From contig RSEE01000123.1 in assembly GCA_003971905.1 (NCBI GenBank), positions 124,001 through 179,630 of the forward strand: DNA of 55,630 nt, given 5' to 3'. The notes beneath the pieces are model-generated. The model had not been told where the DNA came from. It saw only the letters and a list, made by a program, of their open reading frames with translations, and did no database searches. The translations under genes were made by a program, and so were the position numbers. Below, one piece after another: positions 52,881 to 55,630 of this stretch; within the stretch, counting starts at the first letter, position 1, and each line of letters opens with the position of its first letter. This stretch comes from Moniliella sp. 'wahieum'. Its lineage: Eukaryota.

Positions 52881-53687
52881 CCAGCGCCATCGAAGCCATG
52901 GATAAGCTGGGCTCGGCCGACTCGCTGGTGCCCAGACACGCCTTCGAGACTGGGGTTTGCCGAGTTTGATTACTACATCATGCATCATGCATCATGCACC
53001 ACTAGATTGATCCCTGCGGCCAAGGCCTCTCAATTCGATCTGAGTACTCCCTCGTCACGCGTCACGCACTACTACATTCCAAGTTTGATTATTTTGATCT
53101 CCTTGGGACATGTGACGCGTGACGCGCCATCGATGATCCATATCATCAGCCCGCGTCAACAACGAGCACAGGGGATGTATTGAATATTGATGGCGTCAGG
53201 ACACCATCCTTGGTGACGAATCTCTGAGTCCCGAATGTTACAGCTTTAACGTTGAACTCAACGTTGAACTTGAACATTGCGACGTTGAGGCCGAGGACCA
53301 ATGCGCCAAGGCTAAGGGCCTAAGACCTAAGAACCTAAGAACTTGTGAGGCTAGGGGCTACTGGATTTGGATTGGCGTTTCGGACCTCCTGAATGACCGA
53401 GGATAGTGGCGCTGTTGAGGCCGTTGAGGACTGTGCTGGGACCCAAATATGCTCGCCGTGGTCCTCTCTTCAAGCTTCACCGTCCACATGATGTGGCAGG
53501 AGTGCCTGAGCGTCTAGGAGTGGCGCTGGACTGAGGCCCGAGGCTGAGCACCTGAACGTCACATCCTCAGCCCAGCTGGGCGTTTGCAACTGTCCAGCCC
53601 CTGCAGGCATTGGCCGCAAGAACAGCGGTGGAGGTCAGTTTGAGGGGGGACGGCGGCGAGTACATGAATTCGCAAGATCGATGCCGA

Positions 53688-55630
<1,943 letters not shown>

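Overview
A GC-rich, gene-dense fungal region. GTRYGT/CTRAC/YAG introns and the protein sequences suggest a basidiomycete, probably Ustilaginomycotina (inference). Almost every gene carries scattered 1-nt indels, most simply read as uncorrected long-read errors, so the gene models were reconstructed across frames and some ends are approximate. Gene order: UGGT/KRE5 3' end, GDH2, PDC copy A (-), makorin, orphan membrane protein, pyruvate dehydrogenase kinase, PUT1, CLC channel, RMND1/MRX10-like, septin CDC11, HRD1, HEM2, dynamitin, PCC1, small secreted protein, RRF1, DPM2, PSR1-like phosphatase, NAF1, NHP6-like, MetAP1, a ~3.3 kb gene-free gap, SLA2, and PDC copy B (+, runs off the window). The main feature is that the two near-identical pyruvate decarboxylase genes form a long inverted repeat (at least ~1.9 kb including promoters) bracketing ~45 kb and ~20 genes. 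Their coding regions are almost identical, while their promoters have diverged except for conserved blocks. This suggests gene conversion and a potentially invertible segment. Also noted: many period-7 tandem repeats in non-coding DNA, a UPRE-like palindrome upstream of HRD1, a MetAP1 without a zinc finger, and a lectin-like secreted protein. No tRNA, rRNA, CRISPR array or recognisable transposon was found.
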